Of a DNA stretch of 64,000 nt, positions 1-13,396 are shown one piece after another. This DNA comes from Sporopachydermia quercuum. Lineage: Eukaryota. Position 1 is the stretch's first letter. Every line of letters begins with the position of its first letter. Where the stretch lies: NCBI GenBank assembly GCA_001599295.1, contig BCGN01000002.1, positions 1,488,001 through 1,552,000 on the forward strand, written 5' to 3'. The notes beneath the pieces are model-generated. The model was not told the DNA's origin and did no database searches. It was given only the letters and a program-made list of their open reading frames with translations. The position numbers and the translations under genes were made by a program.

Positions 1-1
1 A

Positions 2-457
2 TCAACATTGGGAACAACGTCAATTGAACCGTTGAACACCAATAAGAAATTTTATCATATTCAATTACTGGATTACTGTGGATTTATCCTTGATGGAGCG
101 TCTCATAAGGATTATGAATCAGAAGAGTTTGACATAACATACTCTTGGGGAAAACCATCATTCAAATACTCACAGTTTATTCATAAAAGTGGAGGATACA
201 TTGCTCAGATCCGTGATGATGGTAAGTTTGTTTTGGCACCTAATAATACCTATTTGACACGAGTGAATGTTCCAACAGAGATAACGCACTTACAGCAATC
301 TCAGATCAATGCTGAAATGATTATCCGACAGTTTAAAGAAATATGCAGTGAAAAAGAAAAGCTGAGAACGATTTTCCGCAGTGCTAGAAATGCATGGATA
401 AAAGTTCATGGATACGAAGAGGATGCCGGGTTTGACAGTTTAGATATTTCTGTATGA
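2..457 (+). CDS. IML1: C-terminal end of vacuolar membrane-associated protein Iml1 (SEACIT/GATOR1 subunit, DEPDC5 family); 5' truncated by window edge
   Basis: Frame is open from the window start to TGA at 455-457. 'YSWGKPSFKYSQFIHKSGGYIAQIRDDGKFVLAPNN' resembles the Iml1 C-terminal domain. It is convergent with HOM6, as YJR138W/YJR139C are in S. cerevisiae. Confidence 0.85.
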   Translation, partial: STLGTTSIEPLNTNKKFYHIQLLDYCGFILDGASHKDYESEEFDITYSWGKPSFKYSQFIHKSGGYIAQIRDDGKFVLAPNNTYLTRVNVPTEITHLQQSQINAEMIIRQFKEICSEKEKLRTIFRSARNAWIKVHGYEEDAGFDSLDISV

Positions 458-769
458 TATAAGGAAACCGAGAGTGAGAACAGAAGCNGATACTGGGGAA
501 TGTATATAAATAGAGAAGAGTCTGTATAGCTAGATACATAACTGTGTTGATGTATGTGTCAAAAATCGTATGATTGATAGATATCTCATGAGTATCGTAT
601 GAATGTTAGATAGCCTATGAATTAGCATTATCGTAATGCTCTGTTGAATCCAACATAAAAAGAGATAGACATTTCAGACACTTCAGCACTTAGTACATAA
701 ACTGCATTGTATTGTTTATCTTCTATTCAACAATCCAAAGATTACTGTTGAAATAACATAATTACCTAT

Positions 770-2048
770 TTAAACTAATCTTTGGGCAGCCTTAATAGTA
801 TCAGCCAAAACACCAGCAGCAGTAACTTCAGCACCAGCTCCTGCACCTTGAACAATCAAAGGATTAGTGTAACGCTTAGTCTTGATAGAAATAACATTAT
901 CAGAACCTTTTAATGAAGCAAAAGGATGAGATAAGTCATACTTGTTGATACTAACACTTAGCTTGTTGTTCACTAAATCAACGACACCTACAAGTCTCAG
1001 AACCTTCTTTTCAGCAAGTGCTTCTTCCTTCAAATTATCAATTTCACCATCGTACTCAGGAAGCTTTTGCAAGAACTCTTCAGCAGAAACAATTGATTCT
1101 AAAGGCTTTGGAATCAAAGAGTGAACAGGGAAAGATGTTGGTGATTCAACTTCCTTTCCTGCTAATCTAGCAAGAATAGTAACTTTTCTAGCGAAATCCA
1201 AACCGTTCAAATCTTCTCTGGGATCAGGTTCAGTATAACCGGCTTGTTTGGCTTCAGTAACAATATCAGAGAACTTCACACTAGTCTTTTCGGCAGTTGA
1301 GAAAGTATTGAAGATGAATGAAAGAGAACCAGAAAGAATACCCTCAATTTCAGTGATTTCGTCACCAGTTGCAACCAAATCATTGATAGTTCCAATAATA
1401 GGTAAACCAGCTCCAACAGTAGCTTCATGGTAAACTAATCCACCGTTGACAGAAGCTGAAGCATCAAAGATCTTCTTCCATAGGGAAATATCAGATGAGA
1501 ACCCTTTCTTGTTAGGAGTCGCAATTGAAATCCCGTTTTCTAAAAACTGAGGGTAACTTGAGGCTAAATCTCCATCAGAAGTGTTATCAACTAAAATAGC
1601 AGGAAATGGTGATTTAGAGAGGAACGAAACTATCTCAGAAACACTCAATGATGGCTCCTTGTCCTTTTCTTCTTCAGGAGACCAAGTGTTAAGATCCAAA
1701 GGAGTATAATTTCTAGAGATCCAGACGTTCTTTGACTTAGCAATGAGGACAACATGGTAAGCAATGTTTGATTTGATGGCTTTCAATTGGTTTAAATAGG
1801 CAGAGCCAACAAGTCCAGTACCTGTTACATGTATTATGTTAATAACTGTTCTCTAACTCAATGGTCGGCACCAAGTACAGCACATATTTGCTTACTTCTA
1901 AAGGTAAAACAACAAGATNAGTTCCTCAGCCTCAATTTATACCTTTGAAACAATACCAAATCCAATATTTTCAGGCATCGTTTCCATTTATAAGACAATC
2001 TTATCAATAAAACTTACCAATGATAGCTAAGTTAACAGCTTTAGTCAT
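770..2048 (-). CDS. HOM6: Homoserine dehydrogenase; 2 exons: 2048-2018 and 1821-770
   Basis: Motifs IATPNKK, YHEATVGAGLP, GYTEPDPREDLNGLDFARK, QGAGAG. Splicing out 2017-1822 restores the N-terminal Rossmann motif MTKAVNLAIIG-TGLVG. Confidence 0.96.
1822..2017 (-). other. Spliceosomal intron of HOM6 (196 nt)
   Basis: GTAAGT donor, TATTAAC branch-like motif, CAG acceptor. The phase-1 join rebuilds the Gly of GxGxxG. Confidence 0.9.
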
Positions 2049-2325
2049 TTTCTCTATAATATATGTATATGTATGCTTAATGAAAGAGGATCCTTCCTAA
2101 TCTCCAGATTTTACTACAATCAAATCTAACAAAAAAGTATCTAGATAAGATGAATTTATAGTATAGTTTACGAAATGCCAATAACAAGAAGCTTCTAATG
2201 GTGATAAACAACAGTATCAAGCAGCATCAATTCATTCTAGTTAGAAGGAAGTGTGATGCGCTGAAAAATGTGAAAAATGCTAAAATGACGAAATGGAGCA
2301 CAATGCTCTGAAAGAGGTAAATAAT

Positions 2326-2528
2326 ATCACGTGCTGAATTTTGAGTATGTACTGAAGTGAGATGTGATATTAGCAAAATAGATGAGATGAGATGAGATGA
2401 GATACTATGAGTCAAGGTTCGGGAGTAGTGGAATGTATTGAAGTACGGTCTAGTAATCGAGTGAAAGAATTATATATTTGCCATTAGAGGAGAATGAGTC
2501 TTGAGGTCAGCTTATATCCAGTGACTCA
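2326..2528. promoter_or_regulatory. Gcn4/AP-1-type and Cbf1-type sites upstream of HOM6
   Basis: TGAGTCA 2408-2414, TGAGTC 2495-2500, TGACTCA 2522-2528 and ATCACGTG 2326-2333, all upstream of an amino-acid biosynthetic gene. Confidence 0.6.
2381..2403 (+). repeat. (GATGA)4+ pentanucleotide microsatellite
   Basis: gatgagatgagatgagatgagat read directly. Confidence 0.85.
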
Positions 2529-3385
2529 TATGATTGTTTGATGGGAGCCGAGAACTTTATTTCTAATCACGTAGGTTTCTGCAAGTTACTGCAAATTGAA
2601 GTAACTTTATTTTGAAAGAGAANGAGTTGTGAGGAAACTGTATTACAGTCAATTGTATTACCAAAACAGCGGTCAGTAACTGTTGAAGATCGCTAAAATC
2701 CCATATTTTCAGTTCAAGCAATATTTCTTATGCATCATTCTCTCATATGATACCAGACCAACGAAAGCAGATAGCCCAGAAGATGAGGAAATTTCAGAAA
2801 TGACATCCGCNACAGCTATGAGCTGGTAGTGTAACAAGCTAGAATAGAAAACAGTTTATGCTACACAGCAACAGCATGGAATATTCCAGACACTAAAATA
2901 TTTGTTTGATTACTATTCTCTTACCATTTCGCCTTTAAGGTTTTCCATTGAATCAGGTTTATTTTCATCTTTATGGCATATCGGTTCAATTCCAGCTGGT
3001 TTATCATTGTTTCCGCTTCTCTAAACCGGATATAATAGCACCTTTCCAGTATGAGATCAATGACATCAAATTAAGAATGCCAATTGCTATGCAAAACTTC
3101 TCTCTTTCTCTTTTGATTGATTGATTGTTTCGATTTCAACTTACATCAATTATTAAATCTTATCATTGCATTACAAATTTGACTATTCAATTGTAATATC
3201 AGTGATTCTTCCTCCAAATCCTAGTATTTCCTTTTGAACAGTCCGTTGTATCTCTTCTTTATCCTATTGTGAATTACNCTTTTGCTAGATGCACAAGTGC
3301 ATCATGACAAATCACATCTCCTTTGAAAAGTAGATGTATTTATACGTTATTCAAAGTTCGATACGCGCAAGAATCATCAAACTGA

Positions 3386-4573
3386 ATGAAAATGACCTCA
3401 ATTGTTGATATGAAAAGTTATCTCAAGCAAGCAGCCAGCTTGATACCAGAAATCAGGAAAGGTGTTATCCCAGCTAGCCATAATGGCACCTACTCAATTG
3501 TATCTGGGAACCAGTCAGCAGACTTAGATTCAGTCATTGGTTCATTGATTTACGCTACATTTCAAACTATCTATCAGGCGGGAGGAGATCCAAACTCCAA
3601 TCGAATCACTCTGCCGTTTGCCAATATCCCTAGAGAAGATTTAAGCCTCAGAAGAGATATTGTGTATCTGTTATCTAAGTATGATATCAACACCAACGGT
3701 TTCCTTTTTGCTGACGATATACCGGAATCTTTCAAAACAGCAAACCATTTAGATGTCTCTCTTGTAGATCATAACAACCCTCAGGGAAGCTTGAGACAGT
3801 TTCCAAGTACTATTGTCGGTATTATTGATCATCATGAAGATGAAGGATTATTCACTCAAACTGATGGTCCAAGAATTATTCGCCACTGTGGAAGCTGTAC
3901 TAGTCTGGTATTCAACTACTGGTTCANCNTATTCAAAGCCAGTAATAGATTGCCAGAGTTGAAGGAATTTCCGCAATTACCTATACTCTCACTAGGTCCA
4001 ATTCTTATCGATACTAATAATCTGACTACGAAAATAGAAGCTCCTGATATTGAAGCTGTGAAGAACATCCAATCATTAATTCCGGAGTCTTTTATTTTCA
4101 CTGATTTCTATGACCGCATAGAAGACTCGAAGCAGGATTTAACAGGACTGTCTGCTAGGGATATTTTAAAGAAAGACTATAAGGAATTTACACCGGCTTG
4201 TAAAGAATATGGACAAATACGAGTCGGAATCAGCTCAATAATAAAAAGCAGTGAATGGCTGGTTTCCAACGTGACTGATTCTCCTGCGGCAGCCAAAAGT
4301 TGGTCAAAAGAACGTGATTTACATATTTTTATCCTATTATGTGCATTTACTGAATCTGAGGGAAACTTTAGAAGACAATTGGCAATAAGCGTTAAAGACG
4401 AAGCAATAAAATCAGCAACATTCTATGAACCAATGATTAGCGCTTTAAGGACAGAATTAGATTTGCAAAGGAGCGAAAAGCAAGTGATTGATGGCTTTTT
4501 GATATTTGAGCAGAAGAATTTGAAAGCAGGACGAAAAATCGTTGCTCCTTTGATTGTTACATCTATTGTGTGA
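3386..4573 (+). CDS. PPX1: Exopolyphosphatase (DHH family)
   Basis: Motifs GNQSADLDS, VDHN, IIDHH, GSCTSLV, ILIDT, ILKKDYK. Confidence 0.92.
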   Translation: MKMTSIVDMKSYLKQAASLIPEIRKGVIPASHNGTYSIVSGNQSADLDSVIGSLIYATFQTIYQAGGDPNSNRITLPFANIPREDLSLRRDIVYLLSKYDINTNGFLFADDIPESFKTANHLDVSLVDHNNPQGSLRQFPSTIVGIIDHHEDEGLFTQTDGPRIIRHCGSCTSLVFNYWFXXFKASNRLPELKEFPQLPILSLGPILIDTNNLTTKIEAPDIEAVKNIQSLIPESFIFTDFYDRIEDSKQDLTGLSARDILKKDYKEFTPACKEYGQIRVGISSIIKSSEWLVSNVTDSPAAAKSWSKERDLHIFILLCAFTESEGNFRRQLAISVKDEAIKSATFYEPMISALRTELDLQRSEKQVIDGFLIFEQKNLKAGRKIVAPLIVTSIV

Positions 4574-4864
4574 GTTCAAGCACCTGAGTGTTGCTTAATA
4601 GGTAGATTAGAAGTGCTGCAGGTTTTGTATTATTTAAGAAATGCAATTGAGATTAATTAATGTGTGATATATTCTATGTGTAAATGTTCTATAGGAGAAA
4701 TTATATCAAAAGGCTATCTAGAACTCTGCCAAAAGTAATACAGCTGTTGAAAANCTCAGAGGAAAAGAAAAATATGAATATATTAACATAATGTATCGAT
4801 CTTGTAATATCTCTGTAGCTATTATCTCCTCTTATCCCTGATAAACCACCATTCTAGGCTTCTA

Positions 4865-6154
4865 TTAACCGGGATTCTCCAAAAACGAAACATTCCAGAC
4901 TCCTTGCTTCCGGAAAGGCTCTGGTAACTGTTGATTCACTATTTCAAGGCTCCCTTTAACTCGCTCATAAACGTCATCTGGTAGTATCACTTCTTCTTCT
5001 TCTACTGAAGTGTTGCTATCAGGCTTAGAAACTCCTGAGGAGTCAGAGAACCTGTATAGTGTTTTAAGTCCTTTCATTACATTCTCGGAACTTCCAGTTA
5101 TAAACTTGGTTCCAATACCTAAACACCAAATAGTAAAAGACTCTTCATTACTATTACCTTTACAGATCTCTACTTTATTAACAGCTTGACCATTAATGAG
5201 ATCCATTAGTTTATGAAATAAATACTTCCTTTCATCATAAGATTCTTTTCTGAATAGGATAATTGTTAGTAATAGTAGATTTTTCATCAACAGNTTAGGA
5301 TATTTTTACCTAATAGGATTGTATATCCGTCAGTCATCACCAATCACTCAATCAACATACTTATCTTCAATCATTAAATTAACAGACCACTTCCAGAATT
5401 TCACTGTTGATGTATTGAATTCCATCCCTAGTAAGGAATGACATTTCTCACACGAATATGAACTACCATTGACCCTAATCTTAGATATATTATTCTTATT
5501 GACAAGTAAATATGTTGAGCTCACTAATACTGTACCTAATCCAGCATCAAAACTAGAAAACTTATCAAGAGTCTTCATTACATTTTCCTGGTTACCAGCA
5601 TCTTCAAGATCAGGCTTATGGCAATGCCAGAAATCCATTAATTCAGACCAAAATTCCGACGGTAGCTCTTTATACTGCTTGATTGACCTTAGGTTCAAAA
5701 CGCAAGATTCGCACTTCCTGCAAACAAACTGATAAGTAACATGATTGTCTTTACTATCTCTCGATAGATCTTTCCCTGACCATTGATAATCCTCGACTTC
5801 ATTCATAAGAGTGCTAGAAGATTCTGGTGCTTGTTTCCGTTGAATATCTGTTTTAAATCTTGCTGTAAATACACCTTTTTCCGTATGAGGTTTCAGCTCT
5901 TGTAGTATACTACCAGATGTGTCATCATTCTGATACGCCGATGCTACTCTCTCAGCTAGTTTCAAAGTATAGTTTCTTTTGATACTGTCATGCACCCCTG
6001 ATTTTTCTACTTCAACTTCGATAGAGCAACATGTATTTGATAGTTTAGCGTGGGTTAAGTTCCAGTCGTTGTCGATCTGTATACAGCAGCTGACAAATCC
6101 TATTCTTGGTAAGCTCTCAGAGTAGTATGTGATACCCAGAATATCATCTGCCAT
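4865..6154 (-). CDS. IPA1: Ipa1 / UBE3D-like HECT-like E2-binding protein; 2 exons: 6154-5361 and 5249-4865
   Basis: Family motifs YYSESLPRIG, CxxC, ELPSEFWSELMDFWHCHKP, CEKC, KFWKW and a C-terminal 'LP..F.....WNVSFL'. A 111-nt intron joins the two ORF-track pieces in frame. It is divergent from HIR3, as YJR141W/YJR140C are. Confidence 0.88.
5250..5360 (-). other. Spliceosomal intron of IPA1 (111 nt)
   Basis: GTATGT donor at 5360, TACTAAC branch, CAG acceptor at 5250. The phase-2 join gives ...EDK-KESYDERKYLF. Confidence 0.88.
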
Positions 6155-7068
6155 ATTGATGATTTGTTGTTCTCTGAGTCATATACTTTCTAGTACTTCA
6201 GCTGTCATTTTATGTTGAAAGTTCAATAAATAATTGATTAAAGCCCTTCNAGCCTGTTATCGTCATTAACAGCGTAGCATTCACAACCTGTGTATATCTG
6301 GTGGTTACTTGTGATGAGGATAAGTAACTAGGTGGATGTGGAAGTACCAGGTGCTAGGACAACGATTATGGAGGCTAACTATTCTCTTCCTATAATCTTC
6401 GCAAATCACTTTATAACNTTGAGTAGATCGATCGACCTTCAAAAAGCCATGAGACGTACTGTATGCTTCCCTCATGCAAATACTATCAATAACGATTAAT
6501 CATCAATCAACAGATCAGTCACCTCACAGTCTCAAATTAACCCATGCGATATAGAAGACAAATAATAATGTTTAAAGATTAGCTAATCCTAAAATATTAT
6601 CGACTTCACTTTCGCCTCAGATTATATAATCATTAATCGTATCTTGATCCTATTCTTAATGACATAATCAGAAAACAAATCAGACACATGAAAGAAGTAA
6701 AGACAATACCAATAAGGAGAATGGGAATAACAAATGAATCAACCTACAAATGATTAATGGAAAAGGACAAACAAATAAACAAACAAAAAGATAAATAGCT
6801 GAATAAATGGCAAGCTTGTAACAGATATTTCTATTCTGTTTAACAGTAGTACTGGTGTGCTATCAAACTGGTATTGACGTGTAAAGATAGAAAGGAATGA
6901 ACCACTGTTGGAATACCTATCTATGCCTGGTGATGGATCATAACGCTTAAAGGAATGAGAAAGGAATAGGGAAGAGAAAGCTGATGAAATAAACAGTCTA
7001 ACAGCTGGTTTCTGATATTAAAGCCTTTGTAGGGCTTAATACCAAATCAAATATAAACAAATATCATC

Positions 7069-8465
7069 ATGGTATGTAATATTTGAATAACAGCTACGGA
7101 TTGACGAAGATCAATTAGGTACTTGTCAACAGTTTGATCAAAACACTATCATTGGAATTAACTACATACTGACTAGCAATTAATAGTCATCATTTACTGT
7201 TATAAATACAGAGGACACTCCTGTTTTACAGGAAACGGAAGATTACACACGAGAACTTCAAATAGAAGAAGGATTTAAAATATTTCAAGATGCTTTGGAG
7301 AAACAAAAAGTAGGAGATTACGAAGGTGCAGTGAAACACTATCAAGCACTATTCAAAATCAATGCTGTATCCGATAATAAAGCAGCCAAATCTATTTCCT
7401 CTAAAACNTTGAGATATTTAGCTTTCCGTAATAGAGGATTGCTTAAGCTAGAAAAACTGAAACTTCTGGTGAAGGATTTTGAAGTAAGAACAAAAGAAAA
7501 GGAAAGGGAGAAAAAGAAGAGAGAGAAGATAANAAGTAAAGGAGAAGANGGAGATTTTATTTTGTCACAGGACGAAACTGTTAGAGAAACAAGTTCAGTA
7601 GATCTCAGTGTTTCTGCTATATCATCAACGTTAAATAACAATGAACCAACCGAGGACCAAACGGATAAAACAACTACTGAAAAGCAAGCCATTGAGAACC
7701 CAGCAGACATGGTACTTTCACAGCAAAGCCAACAAACAGACAGCATAAATTCTCAGCAAATCCATGACATAGAATCCAATACTGACTTAGAGTCCGACGC
7801 CGATTCCGAATCTGAGTCGGAAGCTGAAAAAGATAGTGAAATGTTTGAAATACTGAAAGAATCCCTGATAGATTTTCTTGAAGCACTGAACTATTTAGAC
7901 GGTGATGGCCCTTTGATGATGTTATTGAATGAAATATTCCATTATTTAGGCTTAACTCGTCTTTCTAGAATGATTCTCGAATACAACCTAGCTGATGAGG
8001 ATTCTCTTACTCTCGATAGCATACTGTCGATATCTCCTGATAAAGCTGATGCTCTAGTATCATTGTCACAGCTTCTAAGAAGAATATCTTTTGGTAGGCG
8101 GTCGAGAATAGTTTCAGGACCTGTAATGTATAAATTTGGTAAGTTGAACTTACTAGCAAAACTACCATCTAACAATGATATGTCATTTCTATCACCTTTA
8201 AAGAAATACTTCACGTTTGATATAAATGAAGATAGTGACGATGATGATGATGAAACAACGCTTGAGATAAAATTACTAGAATTATCGTGGTCAGAATTGT
8301 CTAAACAACTAGTTAATTTTCTTCCAATGCTCGGGCCAAGGTCTAAAGTGAAAGGAATATGGGATCCGTATCAAGCGTTAGAGAAGGGAGTGTATCGAAT
8401 AGAAATTATACAACCCAACGATAGAAAAGATAGTAATGGTGATGATAGTACTAATGGTAAAGGTG

Positions 8466-8508
<43 letters not shown>

Positions 8509-11500
8509 CAAAAATCAGGCAAATAAGCCAATTGAAATAGTCTCTGATGATGGTAACGACAACTGCATAATCTCAGGCTCTAATATCATTAGTAATGACA
8601 GTACTGCCAATACTGAGAATGCTACTAATATATTGCTGGAATCTAACCCGACTAATTCATCTACTACTCAACCAAATAACCAAATAACCTCAAATACTGA
8701 TCAGCTCGTTACAACTTCTTCTACGATCAATACTTCACCAGAATCAACCCAAATCCCAAGCAAAAGACCAATTTCAGCGTCAGGCTCGACAGACGAAAGC
8801 AAAACAAGATCAAGCAAACGTTTACGGCAGCTGGAAAATGAGAAAGACGGGATAAAGGCACCAGAGAAATTCGAATACCGGAAGTTCATTGAACATGTCA
8901 ATCATTTCTTTAAGCTAGTCAACTGTACTTTTGATTTCACATCTCCTTATACAGTTTTGCAAGATGAAGCTAATAAGAAAGCCCATCTTTATATGGAAGA
9001 TTTCCGGGATATAATCAATAACTGGAATGATGACTTTACTGATATTTTCTTCAAACCTGGACAGAATGATGATAAGGATGATCATAGTGATCCATTAATC
9101 GAAGTATTAGATGCAGCGTTGGCTCCCGAGATGAAAACATCAACTTCTAGGCCTTTCATCAAAGATTGGAAACTGCAAGAGTTTATTGGTTTGATTAACA
9201 ACGGTAATTACCATTTTTTCGATTTCCGTGATATTTTTCTTCACTATTTCTTCATTCAGCCTTATAGTGATAACAAATCAACACGATCATTAACGGAATC
9301 ATCAACAGAATCATCAACAGGGCCATCATTACCGTATGCTTGTTCTTGGTTATATGATTATTGGCCTAATGAATTGCTAACTCTGGTAAAGCAACTGCTC
9401 GAAGCTACTGAACCATATGCTTTAGAATATAGTAATCACTGCATTACTACAGTGGATTCAAAGCTTATAGCTAAATGGATCTTGATGACTATTGGCTATT
9501 ATGAGTGTTTTGTCGATAGCTTTATATCTTCGGAGAAAACTGTTCGCAGCAGTAAATTACTACCAACACGAGCTTTAAACGAACTAATCACAGTAAGAAA
9601 CAATTGGCAGAACAAAGTACTGATTTGGGATAACATTATAANTTCAATGATGACTTTAATTGATGTAAGTGAGAAGAATGAAAACGGAGGTTCTTCTGAT
9701 GAGGGTGATTCTCTAAGAATCATAAAATTACGCTATCAATGGGCGAAACTGATGTTTCTGCAAATACACACGGTTCCTTATAAACCAGATCAGATTATGA
9801 AAATCATACCAAATATTGAGAAAACTCTGAAAGAATTAAAACAACCATTGAGCATTCCTTATTATAACTGTCCCGAGATTCCAGGACTGAATGAAAAAGG
9901 GGTTCAAGGACAAATATCGAAGACTCAGCTTGCTTCAAGATTTGCTGGTATTTTTGATAAAACTAACAGTCATATCAGTATTGAAGATAAAATCAGCTTA
10001 CTAGAATCAACATTAAACGGTGATGATGCTAGTAACAATGCTACTAGTACTGCCAATACAGAGATTACTCAGTTTATGAAAAGAGCTCCTTCTGAATTCC
10101 TTATCAGATTATGGCATATTCTACTAGGATATTATCAACAGATCGGTCAAGCCCAAAAAGGTCTGGAAGGCTTCTTAGAAATCCTACAACAAATAGTCAG
10201 AGACTTTACGAGTGATAGCTATTCAAAGGGAACTCCGCAGCAGAGGAAAATTACTCTGCTGCTGTTTCTAAGATCTTATGTTAATTTAGGTGAAGGCTTG
10301 CTGCAATGTGCTATGAATTCTAGACAATCATTAGAGGAACTATCTAAAGAGAAAAGACACAGGGCTTTAATACAATTGTTACAAATAATGAATCTGCTAT
10401 ATGTTTTTATTGTTTACGATGAATGTGTTAGCTCAGGACTGATTCCTGCAGTGAATCATCCAACGTTTGGAATTTTTACCAGTAGAATCAAAAATCTAAT
10501 CACAACTACATGGTCCTTGATATACCTATTCTTTTACTATTCATTATCAGCAAAGGANCGTCGGCCTGACGTCGTGAATGACTTTATTAGTATTATCCAT
10601 GAAGATATGGGATGCGCAGGGTACTGTGGAGCAGCCGATGGGATTTTCTTACAGCTATCACAGGATGAAATGGTGAAACTGAAATGGAATGAATGGGAAG
10701 CAGATTTATTTCAACACTTGGAATGTAGATTTGGTCTTCAGTTGAGTAACGAATGGTATATCCCATTAGATCATCATAATCCACCAAGGGCACTAGATTT
10801 ATCCTCAGCTTTGCAGCTGTCTCATTATTTAGTTGATATGGCGAGAAGAAAGAAGCATCCTTTATTTAATGTACTGAGATCAGATCATAAAATCGTTCTG
10901 GATGAATTCTATCAAGTAATCAGAGATCCTGAAGAGGATAATGAATGGTTCAATAGAAACTCGAGCTTGCTAGATGATTACCTGGAAACCGATATTACAC
11001 CGTTTACTATTCAGCAAGCGTTCAATGGTGGATTATTACTGGAAGTGAATAACAAATGCAATCTAAAGGTCCAAACTGCTATTGATAACAGATTCTATCA
11101 AATCGAAGGTTATTCCATCTTGCATCTATATAGAACAAGGAAGCCTACAAGTCCTGGTAAGACAGGCGANCTTGAAACTGCTATCAAACTGTTCAGAAAT
11201 GATATTGGCGGAGGATCAAATCGTTGGGATACATGGCTTGGTTTAGCAATATGCTTTGAGTTACTAGTCAATGATGAGCTAATATGGAATTCCGATAAGT
11301 TATCAGCCGAAAAGAAACGTCTGCCAGCTTCGTATCAGAGAAAGAGCATATTATGCTATTTGATGGCTGTTTCGACCCTTCAAAATACTGACAGAAATAA
11401 CGCAGATGAAAAAAAAGTGAATAATGAGCCGGCAGTCGCCTATTTATGGTCAAATTTAGGAAAAGCTCTTTATTCGTCTATTGCAATTCCAATGGATATG

Positions 11501-13123
11501 GCAGCTTTCAACATGGATTGCGTACGATTACTATGTAATAACGAAGGAGAGTATATGAAAGTTGAGAATATCAGCATTAAACATGAAACTGTCTTAAAAG
11601 CAGCAAANTCTTCCTTATCACTAGCAATAAAATCTCAACCAAAAGATTGGAGTAACTACTACTACTTATCAAAAGTTCTCTATAGACTCGATTATCGTCT
11701 TGATGACGTTTTACAGCTGCTGATACTGTCTTGTGGGTTGACTAATGATAGGTTTAATGCTTCTCATGGCGAGATAATAGTTGAGCCTCACTACAAGCTA
11801 TTTTCCATGGCTTATAAATACTATAAACTAGGTTATATTTCTGTTGATGCCACTATCAGTTATATGAAGAAATCCTGTTATTTCCCTAGTGATGATGTTA
11901 AAACTCTGGTTAGTACTTTGAATATTTCTGAGGAAGACACCAACAGCACTCACAGCATAACTAGTGATACTCTAAGTAGAATTCTTATTCTATCAATGAA
12001 AAGAATTCTTCACATCGATAAAAGAAAATGGCAGCATAGGCCTAGTTACCGAATAGCGTTAATATACTATGAAGATTTACACGATATTGGTAACAGTATT
12101 GATGAAATGTATACTCTGATCTCTCTGAAATCAAACTCTAAGACTATTGTCAATATATGGAAGCCTGATGCCGAGATCCCTGGTAAGCATTTTGTCTTCG
12201 TTACAAGGTATATCAGGTTTTTCATCAAATTAATGAAAGAGAATAAGAATTTTGGGTCATTGATTTCGCTCTTACGAAAACTAAGAAGATATGGTAGTTC
12301 TATGATAAATCACTGGGAAGTATGGGAAGAAGCAAGTTTATCGGCCTGTGAATTAGCAAGAGAAATTCTTAATATATCTGGGACTTTCACTGAAACTGTT
12401 GTTCCATCATTGAATTACTCTGATTTTAGAGCGGATAGTATTAAATTGAAAGAAACACTAGAAAGGAAGATTAGTCATGGTGAGGAGATTGATGATTGTA
12501 TATTATTGTTATCGGATATAATGGATTTACGGAGACTGAACAATGGGTTTGGATCCACTGCTACAATTGATGATACATTTGTCGCTATTTATTTGAAGTA
12601 CTACTTGCAATGGTTTGATTTGAATAGTGGGAATAACACTAATGGCAATACTTATGGTAGTACTAGTGGTAATAGTAGTAACAGAGATGGTGCTCTGACT
12701 CCCAATAGTAATATACCACCTGTTGCTACTGCTGTCACAACAAATGAAAGACCTCAGACGCCAAAGAAAAACCAGCCTCATCCAAACAATGAACAGAGCT
12801 CGCCAGTAAAGACGAAAGTTGCTAAAAGAGACATTATTGCTGCTGGAGTTAATTTGATTAAGGCAAATCCGCAAATTGGCAAAGCAGCCCAAGACAGATG
12901 GAAAGATATTGTTCAAAATGACAAAGAAAGCTCTGAAGAAAAGGAGAAAGAGAAGGAAAAAGGAAACGTGAAAGAGAAGGAAAATAATGAACCGAAAGAT
13001 GTTGAAGCGCCAGAGAGTAATGCTGCTGTTGATGTTGCTGGTGATGTGAAAATCGAAGAAATCAAGAGAGAAGACAATGAGGAATCAGAAGTCAAAAAGG
13101 AGGAAGAAACTGAAGCTAAATAG
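7069..13123 (+). CDS. HIR3: Histone transcription regulator 3 (HIR complex, Cabin1 homolog); exon 1 = ATG only (7069-7071), exon 2 = 7187-13123
   Basis: Spliced N-terminus MSSFTVIN...TRELQIEEGFKIFQDAL. Motifs LRYLAFRNRG, IVEPHYKL, DKRKWQHRPSYRIA, IVNIWKPDAEIPGKHFVF, LRRLNNGFGST. Confidence 0.92.
7072..7186 (+). other. Spliceosomal intron of HIR3 directly after the start codon (115 nt)
   Basis: ATG|GTATGT ... TACTGAC ... TAG|TCA. Exon 2 is in frame with the long ORF. Confidence 0.85.
8468..8506 (+). repeat. (AAT)13 coding microsatellite (poly-Asn) in HIR3
   Basis: 13 perfect AAT units read directly. Confidence 0.95.
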
Positions 13124-13396
13124 CTTCATTCATATTAGTATATTTAATCTTTCTCTATCATTTTCCTCAATAATAATCAATCTTACATATACTGCTTTGC
13201 TATAAATTCATTAATCTTTATATTATTCATAAAATAGTACCACGATATGGCCATTTCATATTCTTCTCTATCCATTCATTCTATGCTGTTCTTATGTTCT
13301 GACATTATTCAAATCTACCTATTACTATATACAATGCTCGCTCAATCTTACACTTGATGCCAGAATCCTTTTCTTTATTTATTAATTATTCATTAC

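Noticed and set aside
2974..2993. A-box-like TGGCATATCGG abutting a perfect B-box GGTTCAATTCC (tRNA?)
   Set aside because: No spacing for an anticodon arm and no acceptor stem; at most an isolated TFIIIC-type site.
4567..4610. GTGAGT overlapping the PPX1 stop codon (analogous to FBA1)
   Set aside because: No convincing branch point, and neither splicing nor read-through yields a targeting signal.
5250..5360. Apparent frameshift or pseudogene splitting IPA1 into two ORFs
   Set aside because: Fully explained by a canonical 111-nt intron.
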